Assembly (NCBI RefSeq): GCF_035594765.1
Contig: NC_085845.1
Span: 159,480,897 to 159,544,896, forward strand
Source: Anolis carolinensis
Lineage: Eukaryota
DNA: 64,000 nucleotides
Direction of reading: 5' to 3'
Shown here: positions 1 to 13,290 of the stretch, one piece after another
Layout: the number at the start of each line of letters is the position of its first letter
Position numbering within the stretch: position 1 is the first letter of the stretch
Translations under genes and position numbers: made by a program
Notes under the pieces: generated by a model
What the model was told of the DNA's origin: nothing
Seen by the model: the letters and a program-made list of their open reading frames with translations, nothing else
Databases searched by the model: none

Positions 1-1620
1 CAATAAATAGGTCAAGAAATGGCCCTTTAGTCCACATTTTGTATTTCGTCTCTTTATTTCATGATGGGAATTCAAACAGTTATTTTGCTCTGTAAATATT
101 GCATCCTTTGTCTTATGAAAAGTGGGAAGTAAAGAACCAAGGAACTTATTTTGGGTGAAAATGATATATATTTGTAATTATAAATAGGACTAAAAGAAAA
201 TGATAGTGTTATACATATCATCAGCCATGACCTAGAGCTGTTTCATTTCAGGTTGTAGCTGAAGCAGAGCATAAAGAAGTTTGGTCAATACTCAAAGCAA
301 ACCTCTTGGCACTCAAGCTGGAAATATCAAAGAAACAACAATTGTAGAAGAAACAGCTGCAGCAGCCCAGTCTGTTTCTAGCATCCCCGATGACTTCACT
401 AGAATGTTTACAAAAGCAGTGTGACACCTACTTCTACACATGACCCAGAGGAGGAAATGTGCTCTGATCAAGCAACAGGTTCCCTGAAAGCTTCCTCTTT
501 CCTAAGATAAAAGGCAGAAGAGGCAAGCAGCTGGGAGTATTCAGTCAATGCCACAGAAAAAAAGAGGGGGCAAAAAGCAAGGCAAGAGACAGCTTTTCCT
601 AGGTTCAAACACCAGCAGAAAAGAAAAACTTCCCTATGAACTTTGCCTCAACAATTACATTGGGTGGATTTAATTACCAGTAATTTTCTAATCCTATCAT
701 GGTCTAGGCTAACTGCATACTGAAAAATTAAGGGGAGTGCACTACCATGTTAAAGTTGGATTTGGATCAGGCACTTGAAATGGCTGCAGTACATCCAGGA
801 CTCATTCAAAGGCTGCCTGTTCAGTTGATGTTTTGAACCTGGAAAAAAAAACTTGAGAAATCCAAAATTTCTTTGGATGCAGGCTAAACATCAAATAACT
901 GTTTATACTTTTTCCCCTGTTTGTCAGACCTGGATAAAATTTGCAGGCACAATTGGGCGAATTTACAACTGCTAAACTGGGGGCAAAATAAAAGTACAAG
1001 GAGGAAGTTGCTACATGCTTTGTAATTTTTCTTTGTAAACTAAAAAAAGGACTGCCAAAATGTATTTTAAAAAAAAAAGCTTGGCAGAAATGGAAGGAAT
1101 GGGTAGGCATTGTTTTTTCTTCAGAGAAATCAACACTGCCAACTTTCAGATGCATAGCTTCAGGGATGTTTGTTCAAGAGCAGCCTTCATATCAGGAAGC
1201 TATTTCCCACTCCTCTGAAATGCCTCACTTTTCTCCCCAGGTTCCTTGAGGACCATTTATTCAGAAAATGATGGACAACCTCGAAGTAGCCCTAAGCAGA
1301 AAACTGTAAAAAGTTCAGAAATATTAGGTTAATACTTTATTTGGAAAAGAAGTTAAAAAAAACTTATAGGAGGTGGATGATTTGCTTCCCCCCACCCCCC
1401 CTCAGTACTATGGAAATTCGTATGGAAATGACGCACATCACACTTGTGTTCCAAGGCAAATACATACACACCTTTTGAGAAGAATGGGTGTAGAATTTAG
1501 GGAAATAAGTTCTTTTAAACCACACAATGTGAAAATACTGAAAAAAGTGTGAATTTACAGTCTCATTTTTGTTCTCCAGTTTGGCCACCCCACTTAATTG
1601 TCACACTTGAAACTTTAGAA

Positions 1621-2045
1621 AAGGTAAAGGTTTTCCCCTGACATTAAGTCTAGTCATGTCTGACTCTAGGGATTGGTGCTAATCTCTAAGCCTTAAGAGC
1701 CGGTGTTGTCTGTAAACACCTCCAAGGTCATGTGGCTGTCATGACTGTATGGAGTGCCATTCTCTTTTGCTGGAGCGGTACCTATTATTCTACTCACATT
1801 TACATGTTTTCAAACTGCTAGGTTGGAAGATGCTGGGGCTAACAGCGGCAGCTCACACTGCTCCCTGGATTCAAACCACCGACCTTTTGGTCAGCAAATT
1901 CAGCAGCCTTCCACTTTAGCAAGCATTGTTATTTTTTCCAGGAAGTGATGTCATCTTATGATATGTACAAGGTTTGGCATCCTAACTATCTTTGTTTCTA
2001 GTCAGAGTTCAGGTAGTTTAACCCACTGTGTTACCAGAGGACCCC
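1621..2045 (-). mobile_element. Sauria SINE (tRNA-derived), split by a ~100-bp insertion
   Basis: Aligns by eye with copies at 57272-57601 and 56732-57054. Tail reads aaggtaaaggttttcccctgaca on plus; head remnant tttaacccactgtgttaccagagg at ~2017-2045. Confidence 0.9.
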
Positions 2046-3721
2046 TTGTCACTATAGTTCAACAGAAAAACCAAGCTTGCAAGAAGAGAATGGATAGCAA
2101 ATCAAAAAGTAATTTCCAAAAAATAATGGTCTCTTTGTTAGAAAGGGGAAAAAATTGAGGGGTAAATGGATGTGGATTCAACATGCAGAATAATAGCAAC
2201 AAAGATGGGGCTTTTAAAATTGTTGTTTGCTCTGCTCTTCATTTTGTTGCTATACACACAGATGTGTGAAGTTTATTTCACTTGACTATCCTCAAGAAAC
2301 AGCACAAATAGGTAGCTAATCAATAAAAATTGCCCCTACTGACCGTTGTTTGGTCTCTTTATTTATCTGGTTTGTCAGCAAATATTTTTGACATATCATG
2401 TTTAATTTTTTTAAAACTACCTGTTTTGATCATTATCTGCTTTTCCATGAAATCTTTAATTTTAACCCATGGTGTCTCAGAAATCTTAACTGTTGATCCT
2501 TTCAGACTTAGATGTGTTTCCTGTCACTAGCTGGGAAAAAACATTGCATACGGGTTCCTCTAAAGAGCTGCAAACTTCTTGTCAGCAGGGGTTAGCTGCT
2601 TTGACCTCCTCACAGTCTGGTCACGATCCTTATGCTTAAGCTATTGACTTCTGATCATTAAAAATCACATTCACAGTCTTTCTCTCTCCATGTGTGCATG
2701 CACATGATGATCTAAACCGAAGTAGAGGATTGATTGCCTGGTAAGACTTCTCATGCATCTTGTTTCCTCCCAGGCAGCATGTGCATTGAATTCCTTTAAA
2801 TTTTAGAAAAAGGATACTCTTGTAATTGTAAAAGCTATCAATATCAGACAAAACCCATTTATAGAGTGTAGTTATTTAGACTGCACTTTCCCTAGAAATA
2901 GCTCGGGCCAAATAAAATGTGATGCTAGGTGTAGTGGCAAGACTTTCTTCCCAGTTCCTTCACTTGGTTTTGTCAAAACCTATTCTAGATTGATTTCCAG
3001 AACCCACCACAGGACTTTTAGGTCATACAAGAGACTGAATGCCAACAGAAGTAGCTTATGCTAGAAAAAAACACTACTAGCCTCTGCCCCTAAAGTTTAA
3101 TCAACAACTACTGTACCCACAGTAACTATGAAACAGATCATTGAAAGCTTCCTCCTCGTGGTCAGATGACCTGTATATCAGTCACTACCACAGATTAGGG
3201 TGATATTCACTTTTATGAAGGATTCACATTTTGCTATGCTTCCACAACAGTTACTTTTTGAACATTTAACTAAATGAACCAAAGCTGATTTTTCAGGTTG
3301 GCACATATGAGGTTTTTGATTGTGGACTGAATGCAAGCATTGGTTGGGTTTTCCTATAGTTATCAAGATGGTAATCTGAATAAGCTCAAGATCCTGGAGT
3401 GCCAAGTGGAGACATCACACTCTCCACTTTGAAGTCTTCAAGTCTTATAGCGAGACAAAAAGAGTTTAATGCCTCCACTAAAACCAGTCAGCCAGCTCAG
3501 AAAGGCACATTACTGAGCAACAGGAGTAACAGTACACCAAAAGAATCCCGAGTGTCCTGATTACCCACGTTTAAGTATACATATTCAAACCTAGCAGATT
3601 GTGAGACAGGGCACCTGCTGAGGAGAGAGAATTCTGACAGACCACTGCAAGTCTTCCTCCCTCCAGAACTTACCTGGTGCTTCACAAAAACCCCAAGTGG
3701 ACAAAGCTGGGAGAAATTAAT

Positions 3722-3862
3722 GTTATCCTGGATGGAGTCATACTCTTTCTAGAATCACAGGCTCAAAGCTCAAGTGTGCTCCTGGACTCACATCTGAGCA
3801 TGGATGCCCAAATTTTACCTGTGTTCAGGAGCGCATTTTCACAGTTAAAACATGTACACCAG
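3722..3862 (+). mobile_element. L2 LINE ORF2 fragment (decayed)
   Basis: ILDGVILFLESQAQSSSVLLDSHLSMDAQ..RSAFSQLK matches VLDGVTLPLKTQVRSLGVLLDSSLSLEPQ..RGAFAQLR of the L2 at 32324-33260. Confidence 0.8.
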
Positions 3863-3879
3863 GTTTTCTTTAAGACAGA

Positions 3880-3997
3880 GTTTCTCACTGTGCTCCTCCA
3901 GATGTTTTGGACTTCAGCTCCCACACTTCCTAACAGCAGCTAAACTGATTTGGATTTCTGGGAGCTGAAATCCAAAAAACCTGGAGGAACATCACTG
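3880..3997. mobile_element. Short palindromic hAT-type MITE (degenerate)
   Basis: Inverted arms ctccagatgttttggacttcagctccca / tgggagctgaaatccaaaaaacctggag; same family as 22610-22723 and 24629-24766. Confidence 0.75.
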
Positions 3998-4113
3998 CAT
4001 TAAAACATCAGATCTGGTTACAGGGAGACATCCATAGATTACAGCCCATTTGGACTACTACAACTTTCTCTAAGTACAGTAATAATAAAGCACAGCAGAC
4101 AAAAAAAATCAAT

Positions 4114-4432
4114 ATTGATGAAAAACAACAGGAAAAACTCAGCCGCTATCAGGACCCCAAGATTGAATTTCAAAGACTCTGGCAGGAACCAGTACAGGTG
4201 GTCCCGGTGGTGATCGGCATATTGGGTGCTGTGCCTAAAGATCTCAGCCGGCATTTGGAAACAATAGACATTGACAAAATTACAATCTGCCAACTGCAAA
4301 AGGCCACCCTACTGGGATCTGTGCGCATCATCCAAAAATACATCACACAGTCCTAAACGCTTGGGAAATGTTCGACTTGTGTTTTGTGATACGAAATCCA
4401 GCATATCTATCTTGTTTGCTGTGTCATACTAT
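4114..4432 (+). mobile_element. R4/Dong-clade non-LTR retrotransposon 3' end (C-terminus of restriction-like endonuclease domain plus 3' UTR)
   Basis: Open frame 4114-4356 translates IDEKQQEKLSRYQDPKIEFQRLWQEPVQVVPVVIGILGAVPKDLSRHLETIDIDKITICQLQKATLLGSVRIIQKYITQS*. EK..Y..L and VVPVVIG.LG are typical RLE C-terminal motifs. Confidence 0.85.
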
Positions 4433-4469
4433 GTTGCTTTCTCCCAAGCCTACCACCTTCACAGTTGTG

Positions 4470-4807
4470 GTTTGTGAATGCTTCATACTGAGTCTTCTAT
4501 GTATCTGTTCCCAGGCTATGGAACTCATTTCAATGAGAGATCTGCTTGGCCCTCTCCCTGCTCTCTTTCCATCAGCAGGTGAAAACATGTTTATTTGAGA
4601 AGACATCTGATGATGACAGTGTTGTTTTTAGTGTTGGTGTCTAAACACCTTTTACTACTGTTTAAATTGTGCTTTTAAGTTGTGTTTTAACCCAGTCAAA
4701 TTGTAGTTTAATATTCATATACAGAGCTGTATTGTGCTTTTAAGGTGTATGCCATCTTGAATCTCATACTGGAAGAAAGGTGATATGTAAAACAAAACAA
4801 AATAAAT
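4470..4807 (+). mobile_element. Old L2 LINE 3' end
   Basis: cccaggctatggaactca (PRLWNS) and gtgaaaacatgtttattt (VKTCLF), T-rich UTR, and tail gccatcttgaatc..gaaaggtgatatgtaaa..aataaat. Confidence 0.6.
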
Positions 4808-6551
4808 GCGATGACAGCCATTTAGACAGTAGGAACACCACAGCATATTTTGAAAACCAAAAGAGTAAGAAACCATGCTAAAGAATTAGCAATTACAAAG
4901 TGTAAGTTTACAGGAATAAAATCTCGCTTTAAATTCAGATCCAGCATGGTATTGTCAGAGAGAGAGAAAAATAGATACTATCATGATAATTTCTGCAGTT
5001 GCCCTTTAGTTTACAGACACTTATAAAATAATAAATACTTGCTGAGTGTCATCCTTTGCCTAAATAATTGATTGCTTAATGGTACTTTTCAGGGATTTTA
5101 ATTCCCTCTGAGCTTAACAGAAGAATGAGGTGACCCTGTAATTGCATTTTAGTGTAGACACTTTTTCTTGCATGATTAGACAGCAACCTGAAAGGGTCAA
5201 AATTCAGAAAGATTTATTGACTTGTTTTAGCTTGGTAAGGCTACAAAAATTGATCTGAATTAAATATGTAATTGGAAATTCTATTCCCAGCTGGCATTTC
5301 ATGTTAAAAGGTATCTGTCATTATTGTTGTAATGGAATATGTTTCAAGATCTAGCCATGTATCTTTCCCAAGGCTTCCTTTCCCATTTTATTTCCCATTG
5401 CTTTGTATATGTTAAATCTAGGAATGTGCAATTTGTTTGACACTGAAAATTACCTTAGTTTTTTGAACTGTCATGTATTTTCTTTTGTGTTAATTTCGGC
5501 TCTGGGAGGTATTATACTAAGCACATGAGGAGTTGAAATGTGAATATTGTCAGCTAGAAAGTGTATGATTATATATGAATGTGAGGGTCAAACTGGGGAC
5601 ATAGTTAAGTTCATGCTGGGTCTTCTGATTAAAGATGTCCCAAGAATAGTTGGAATGAGAACGTGGGCAGGAAGATAGAAAAAACTAGGAGGCAAACAAG
5701 TTTGGAAGCGGAATGATTGAAAGAAGAAGCAGAATGGAGGTGACTAGACAGAGATACTGTGAAAAAGGCAAAGAAGCCATACAAAGCGAACCATCTTTGG
5801 ATGTTTAGCAAACAGTTGTCCAGCTTTAGTCTGGAACAGATCATGTGAACATTTCTGGACTACAACTCCTACTAGTGCCTCCTTTGGATCCAGAACCCTA
5901 GCCAAATCAAACTGAACCAATGGGAAGTTTATAATCTTCTTTTACATTATTTCATTTCAATAATTATCCTTTTAAAAATATTTTATTATTTTTTGTATTT
6001 TTTAATTTGAACAAAGTTTTCTGGTAACCAGTTGAATGTAAACCAGATAGAATTAGAATGCTGCTTATGAATTTGGACCATGGAGAAACTATATTTCCTG
6101 CGCCTACTAAAATAGCAACATTCCTTATTTTTTATGTTTCAAATTTTAAAAGATAAAATTTGCTAGTGGTTTTCATGTCAGTGTAGAAGAGAATCCACTC
6201 AGGATTTTAGTCTAAACTTGAAAAGGAACTTCAAGGTGCTGACTCCATACCTGAACAGATTTCCTGAATTTCTTTATCTGAGAACCTTCCATGGCCATTG
6301 GTATAGCATCAGACAATAAAAATTATAAGCAAAAGCTGAGCTCCTTCATAATATATATGCCAATAGTTGTTATGCTTCTCCTCTCTATTACTTCTATTAC
6401 CTATTATCTCTATTACCTAGAACTTCTGAACAAGAAATTTCTATAAATCTTTCTCTATCAGAAATTGAGAAATTTGTCTGAATGATGCATGACATTAATA
6501 GGCCCAGACATGCTTATTTTGCTATAAACGCAGTGCTACAAAATCTGAATA

Positions 6552-6606
6552 CAGGTTGAGTATCCTTTATCTGAAATACTTGTGACCAGAAATGTTTTGT
6601 ATTTCA

Positions 6607-6650
<44 letters not shown>

Positions 6651-6911
6651 GTTTTTGAAGTACCTGCAATAAGATACCTTGGAGACAGGATCCAAATCTA
6701 AAGAAAAAAATATTTTATATTTCTTATATGCATAACCTGAAGGTAGTTTTATGCACAATAATTTTAAATAATTTTGTGCATTGCACGAAATAAACCTTGT
6801 GTACATTGAACCAGCAGAAAACAAAGTTGTCACAATGTCACCCCATATGGACACTTTGGAATTTTGAAACATTTCAAATTTTGGAATTCCAAATGAGGGA
6901 TGTTCAACATT
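6552..6911 (+). mobile_element. Tc1/mariner (Tigger4/MER46-like) MITE with an internal (TTA)n
   Basis: TA|caggttgagtatcctttatctgaaat at left, degenerate gagggatgttcaacat at right. Reverse copy at ~44440-44746. Confidence 0.75.
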
Positions 6912-7278
6912 TATATACTTCTGTCAGGCATTCATTGCCTAATAGCATAAAAAAGCAGACATATCTAAACTCTGGTACAAATCCATTTAATGTTATGAAG
7001 GAAGAATGAAAGGAAATTTGTTGTTGGTCCTCAAGAAACAGGGCCATCAAAAGGGGGAGGGGTGGTTCAGGGAACTGTGATCCAAAAAAGTAACTTCTAT
7101 TGTTGTTATTTGTATAAATATTTCTAGAAGACCAGGTGATATATTGCTTCAACCAGAACACATTGAATGATATATTTTTAAAATTTTTAATAGATCATTA
7201 AATATCAAAGGTTCATTTATGTAATAATATTCCCAATATGAACAAATGTTTGTGAATGCTGGGCAATGAAGAAAGCTG

Positions 7279-9593
7279 ACTGGATTAACAGAAATAATCC
7301 CAAAATTAATAAGGGAAGACCAATACGGTATTATTAAAAATAGAAGACTTGCAGACCCAATCAGAATTATACTCAATGCAATTAATCAAGCTACAAGAGA
7401 AAAAGAAAATCTAATGTTATTAAAATTGGATGTTTACAAAGCATTTGACATAGTCAACTATCAATATCTCCATCAAGTGTTTGAAGAATGTAATTTGGGG
7501 AGAGAGTTCTGTGAAGTAATTAAGGAACTTTATAAAGATAATCAAGTGCAATTACTTATCAATGGAACCAGAACAAGAACAATTAAGATTAAAAGTGGGA
7601 CTAAACAAGGTTGCCCACTCACCCCTATCCTGTTTGCATTGGCAATAGAACCTTTAGCAAATTTTATTAGGAATAATGACAAAATTAAAGGCTTTAAAAT
7701 TGGCAGGGAATTAATCAAAATTAATTTATTTGCGGATGATGCCATGGTTCTAATGGAATCACCAAAGGACACTATAAAAGAAGTTATTCATACCATTAAA
7801 ATTTGATAATCTATCAGGGTTGGTCATTAACATTCAAATATCAGATATTTCACATAAAAATCTAACTTTGAAAGAGTTAAAAGAAATACACATCATTTCT
7901 GGGATAAAATTAGGTGAGAAAAAGTTAAAATATTTAGGTGTTTATATTCCCAAAATTTTAAACAATATAATTCAATCAAATTATAACCACTTATGGAAAA
8001 AAGTAAATAATCAAATGCACAATTGAAATAATTGGAACAGGGACATGTCAAACAAAATTAAGATAGTCAAAATGATGGTTCTCCCAAAAAATTTATTCCT
8101 GTTCCAAGTCCTTCTGTATAGTATCCCCAGCAACATAATTATGAAAAGGGACAATTCAATAAAAACTTGGATAGCAGGAGGAAATAAAAATAAAATTGCC
8201 AATTCAGTATTTTACTCCCCAGAACAAAATGGAAGATGGGGAGCACCTAATCTACAAGATAATTTTGAAGCCTGCCAATTAACAAGATAGTTAGAATTAG
8301 ATTTTGATGACTCAAGAAAATGGGCCAGAATTGAAAAAAACAATAAACAGACAGCATAATTGTCTATGTTTAAAAGGATGTGTGGACAATAAAACTCTAA
8401 AAGAAATCAAGAGGGGACCAATGATCTCATCCATGGAGTGCTGGAAAAATGGCAAGGTAAATTACCAATAAATAAAGTAGATTTGCTCCCAATAGGATTA
8501 TTAGACAATAAAAAAGAACAGATATTTCGTAAAGTGATAACAAATTTAAAACAAAATGGAATGAAATTGATAAGAGATCTCCTAACCCCAAATGGGACAA
8601 TTAAGGATTGGGAAACAATAAAAGACAATTGTGGTCAAAGTAACTGGCTTCTTTGAAATGGACTGAAACAAAGGATTATGAACTGGAAGAAAAAGGAAGG
8701 TCCAGAAACAGGTTTTGACCAAATTTTAAAGTGGAAATTAGAAAAGGAGAAAGGCCTGATGGGTTTTATATATAAGAAATTAATTGAAAAACAATATAAA
8801 TTGAAACAAACATTGTCTGAGATATGGAAAGAGGACTTGAATATCAATGACTCAGACACTGAATACTGGATCAATTCAATTAAAAAAATCAAACGCATAA
8901 GGATTAGAGAAACACAAAGGAAAATATTGACTAAATGGTTTAGAACCCCAATTCAATTAGCTCATATAACTAAATCAACCACAAAATTGTGTTGACATGG
9001 ATGTGGAAAAATTAGCTCATATATGCATATGTGGTGGGAATGTGAAAAGTAAAATTTTATAACAAGGTAAAGAAGGAAATTGAAGATTTAATAGGATACA
9101 AATTGGTATTGAAAAATAAAGACTTCTTCACCAGTGAATTAGACAAGAAAGAAAACACTAAAGATTGGGGGGAAATTATAAAATACATGATAGTGGCCAC
9201 TCAAGCAACTGTTGCCTTGGGTTGAAAAGAACAAAGAAAGTGGGAAGTTAAAAATGGATACCTAGCTGATTTTATGCTCCAGGATTACATCAGGCCGAAT
9301 AAAAAAGAAATGGGATCTGAAATGGGGAAGATTGATAGATAAAGTCAAAGGAAAAGGAAAATATAAAGAACTGAACCATTCTCTTTTTTAAATTGATCAA
9401 TTAAAATAAAATCTAAATGAAAGAAAGTACTGTTCCCAGGGGGGCGGGGGAAACCAAAAGTCACAAGTGGGAGATAAAGGTGGAATTAGCAAGGATAATG
9501 TTACTAAGAATATATCATTCGATATGTATATTGAAATGGTGATGGATTTTGATATTATTCTACCCGTGTTTACAATAAAAAAAACATTTAAAA
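7279..9593 (+). mobile_element. 5'-truncated decayed L1-clade LINE with 10-bp TSD
   Basis: TSD aagaaagctg at 7269-7278 and 9594-9603. RT motifs LD..KAFD, GTKQGCPL.P.LF, LFADD, KYLG; C-terminal C..C..H.WWEC at ~8988-9045; aataaa and A-rich tail. Confidence 0.93.
7414..7806 (+). pseudogene. L1 ORF2 reverse-transcriptase core fragment; continues in broken frames to ~9050
   Basis: ORF track: LLKLDVYKAFD, SGTKQGCPLTPILFALAIEPLA, LFADD. Downstream pieces 7820-8026, 8045-8290, 8438-8656 and 8678-8995 are separated by stops and frameshifts. Confidence 0.9.
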
Positions 9594-9721
9594 AAGAAAG
9601 CTGTCTGGAGATAGATTTACTCACGTAAAATGTAGTAATGAAGGATTGCAGTTTTATAGATATGGTGAATTACACCAACAAGCCAACTAATGGTTGTGAA
9701 AACAAATCATGTTCTACTTCT

Positions 9722-9980
9722 CACTCAAAGCCAAAAGGACCAAACTGAAAGTATCATACTTTGCACATATCATGAGATGAAAAGATGATGATAATGCTAG
9801 GAAAAATAGAATACAGTAGGAAAACCACATTAAAGATGGTTTGAGTTGATCAAGGAAGCCACAGGCCTGAGTTTGCAAGACATGAGTAGGGCTAGTTCTG
9901 ACTCATGGCTTTGCAGGTTCTTCATGCATAGAGTCACCATAGGTTGAATAAGAATTGATGGGACAACAACAGCAGCAACA
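9722..9980 (+). mobile_element. RTE-clade LINE 3' end (decayed)
   Basis: KLKVSYFAHIMR, IMLGKIE, IKEATGLSLQDMSRA, HRVTI motifs, ending in a (CAA/CAG)n tail. Confidence 0.75.
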
Positions 9981-11180
9981 GGGCTCATTGGAACATTGCC
10001 CTACCCACATGGAAATAATGAGTAGTTCATCACTGTAACGGGAGAGAACACTTAAAATATTGATGCAGTCACGTCAGTGAAGGCGAACTGTACAGGTCCT
10101 GACCACAAAATGACAACTGCATTTCTATGTGTATATATGTGCATTATCTTAGAAAGACCTATGTATTTGATTCTCAACCAAGTGAAATTTTCCATAAATT
10201 CAGGGCACATGCCATCTGAAATTATTCTGTTAAATTCCATTGTAAATGCTTTGTTTAAAATACTGACATCAGCATCTATCAAACACTGAAAGACTTTGAA
10301 CTTGACAACAATAACGGTGCAGTCATTAACTGATTCATGTAAGCTCAGTTTTACATGAAATCGTTTGAAAAATCAGTTTATGTAGCCAAAATATATATAC
10401 TGCAATGTGCAGACAATGCTGGCAAGCCTTTTGTAGCTCATTTCTGTATGATTTGATCTGCCTGACTCTGTGTCTGAAAATGAAAGGCAATACAATAGGG
10501 ATGAATATTGAGATCAAAGAGTAAAACAGAATAAAAATATGAAGTGCTTCATTTTACTGCATGTTATGAAACTGTTCTGAAATTCATAATTGCAAAAATA
10601 GCTACCATACAGTAAGAGGTTTTTTTTTGCCAAACACTTAATGCCTTGAATTTAACACTGTACAATATACAACTCTCACTAGAGTCTGAACAACAGAAAG
10701 TCCCTGAGTTACGAACAAGGTAGATTCCATATTGCGTGTATCATACTTCCCATGTAAATAAAAAACACTGTTCAACAGATAATATTCTAGTTGAATAGCC
10801 AAAAATGACTGTTCTGTTCCCTGAGCTAACTCTCCTCAGGTGCTCTATTCTCGGCAAGAAAAGAATTGGAAACTCATAACAAAACGTGTAACAGTAAACA
10901 AAAAGGAAGGTAATTGTATTGAAGATCAGCAAACTAACCCCTCCCATGACCTGACCAATAAATGATTACTTAATAGAACAGATGGGTCTCTCAATTTCTT
11001 CCAGAGAGACTTAGGATTCATCAAACAAGGGGGGGGGAGTGGGTGGAATCATCTTCTTTCTGTAGCATTTCATGGGGTTCCGTCTTTTAGAAGAAATAGA
11101 ATTTATCCCCCTGCATCATACAGGATTGCCTCCTCCACTTTTTAACTCAACCATTTCAAGAATACCAGCTCACTTTTTAA

Positions 11181-11395
11181 AACAAGCATTATTTTTTTAA
11201 ACACCACTTTCCATAGGATTATTCCCCTTAAGCTCGTACATTAAATGAGACAGGCATTCTTTTCTTTTTGAAACACCACTTTCCATGGGATCATTCCCCT
11301 TAAACCCTTACACTAAAGGAGACATACACACTTTTTTTTAAAAAAAAAAAACCCCTTTATCAATGGGACCCACACCATCTTTAAATGGAAACAGA
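11181..11395. repeat. Degenerate tandem repeat, ~72-bp unit, 2-3 copies
   Basis: aaacaccactttccataggattattcccctta (~11199) and aaacaccactttccatgggatcattcccctta (11271). Confidence 0.7.
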
Positions 11396-12753
11396 CGGAT
11401 CATTAACAGATCACCCACATGAACAGCAAACACCCACAATGAATGTTATAAAGTAATCAGACTAATCCACCACTTCCCATCACAAAGAAAAAAATATCTC
11501 ATTTTAAGTGTTTCTATATGCAAGGAAAGAAGTGGAATTGATTTCTGCCCTTATTTGAAATTCTCCCATTTCTACATGCTATAGAAACAGAGTCCTATGA
11601 ATAACCACCAGAAGCAGCCCTGTGTTGTTTAATGAGCTCCATGGGAATCCATCTTTGAAGTGTGTAGAAATGGGTGGGAATGGAGAAAAACTTCCTCTCA
11701 TGACCCATAACTTGTCTGGCTCCTTCATCCTCCTGAGTAATTCTGCAGACCTAGGGATACCGCCCAGAAGTATCACTGGGGCTATTCTAGGTATGGAGAG
11801 CAGTTTTGTAGGGACTGATTCTGAATATTCATCAACGCAATGAGAACTCAATGCTTTTATAGAGTGATCAGTGAGAAAGAGAAATCTAGTAGATAGTATT
11901 TCTCCTTTATGTTCTCCTCTCTGAATGTTTCTTTGGGTTATGGACCTTTTGATATGCTTTAGTAACGGACCACCAAAATTTAAAAGACCACAATTAGACA
12001 ACAGGATGTCTCTGAAGAAAAATTCGAGAATGAAATGGATCTGCCCAATAGGCTGAGATGGATACACTTTCCAAGCAAGCATACAGCCAGCAGAACTACA
12101 CAGACTTGATATTAGGCAATAGGGATCATGAATTCCATATACACAAGTTTAAATCTGATCAAGGTGGAGGGACACTAATAAGAAATTGCAAATATTTCTT
12201 TATATAAATATTTCTATTAGGAAAGGAGAAAAATAGAAAAATGAACCACGGAACACAGGTGCTCTGATAAAGTGTTTTCTGATTAGTTACAGAGAAAACC
12301 AAACAGCAAGCAACCACTTAAGCTGCACTTATTTTCATTTCTTTATTTATTGCTCTACTTGGAAATTGACCATAACTGCCAAAATTGCTCCCCCACTCAG
12401 AACTTTGAAATGTCCCTCTGCACAGATGTTTCTACGAAAAAAAGCACTAAAGCAATCATCAGAAACTTATTTATTCCTCTTTTATGCCAAAAATATTAAG
12501 CATACATTCAATAGTATCTGAAATAAAACCTAATTAAGTGCTCATCTTTGGAGGTCAATTGAACCTTTTCACAGTTTACTAGCTGTGGGTTAATAGACTG
12601 AAGATTCAGGGTATATCTACATTCACCATTTAGGTCAATGTAAAAATGAAAAGGAAGCACACTTTGGAACCAGTATGAGGCCTAGATGGTACTTATATAC
12701 ACTGCAGAGACTGGCCTTGAAATGTTTCAGGATCTACAGTATATTATAAAGCA

Positions 12754-13290
12754 CTAGCTATGCCTGGCCACGCGTTGCTGTGGCGTTGTCTGGTGGTGTT
12801 GGTGAGAACTTGTTGAGATAGTGGTGGTATTGAATGTCTGTTGTATGGTTGCCTTTATGTTTAGTATGCATTTGGTTGTTTCTATACTGTGAAAGTGATG
12901 AGGGTAGAGGGGGTCTATGTCCCTGTGTAGTACTGTATAGTATTTATACGTTGTCCATGTGTTGTGAATGCTTGGATTGTGTCCTGCTGCATAGTAGAAA
13001 GGTTTGGGCTGGATGGCCCCTAGGGGTCTCTCCAAACTCTTGTGCCTGTCCCCTGGGCTGAGTGCGTTGCTAGGAGACCAAGTGGGCGGAGCTTAGCCCT
13101 CTAACTGACAGCAATTGGATAAAAACAATTATTCCTCTCCCTCTAATTATGACTTTATTTTTCTTTTCTTTTTGTTGTATCAACCTAGAGCCATGGGTGA
13201 TGGGTTGTGTTGTCAAATTTCGAGGTTGGGGGGCCTGTAGTTTTGTTGTTTTGTCCGCTGCCCTGATGCCATCACTCTTTTATATATAGA
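12754..13290 (-). mobile_element. Non-autonomous Helitron (537 bp)
   Basis: Minus strand starts A|TCtatatataaaag and ends ..gcatagCTAG|T, with a subterminal GC hairpin (gccacgcgttgctgtggc), insertion between A and T, and no TSD. Confidence 0.9.

Noticed and set aside
252-1327. Plus-strand acceptors at 252 and 1241 followed by short open frames
   Set aside because: Weak or absent donors, no CpG or homology support; likely decoy sites.
11181-11395. Repeat-spacer-repeat pattern
   Set aside because: The intervening parts also resemble each other, so it is a plain tandem duplication.
11579-12082. 167-aa minus-strand ORF
   Set aside because: No recognisable domain or convincing splice context; not supportable without a search.
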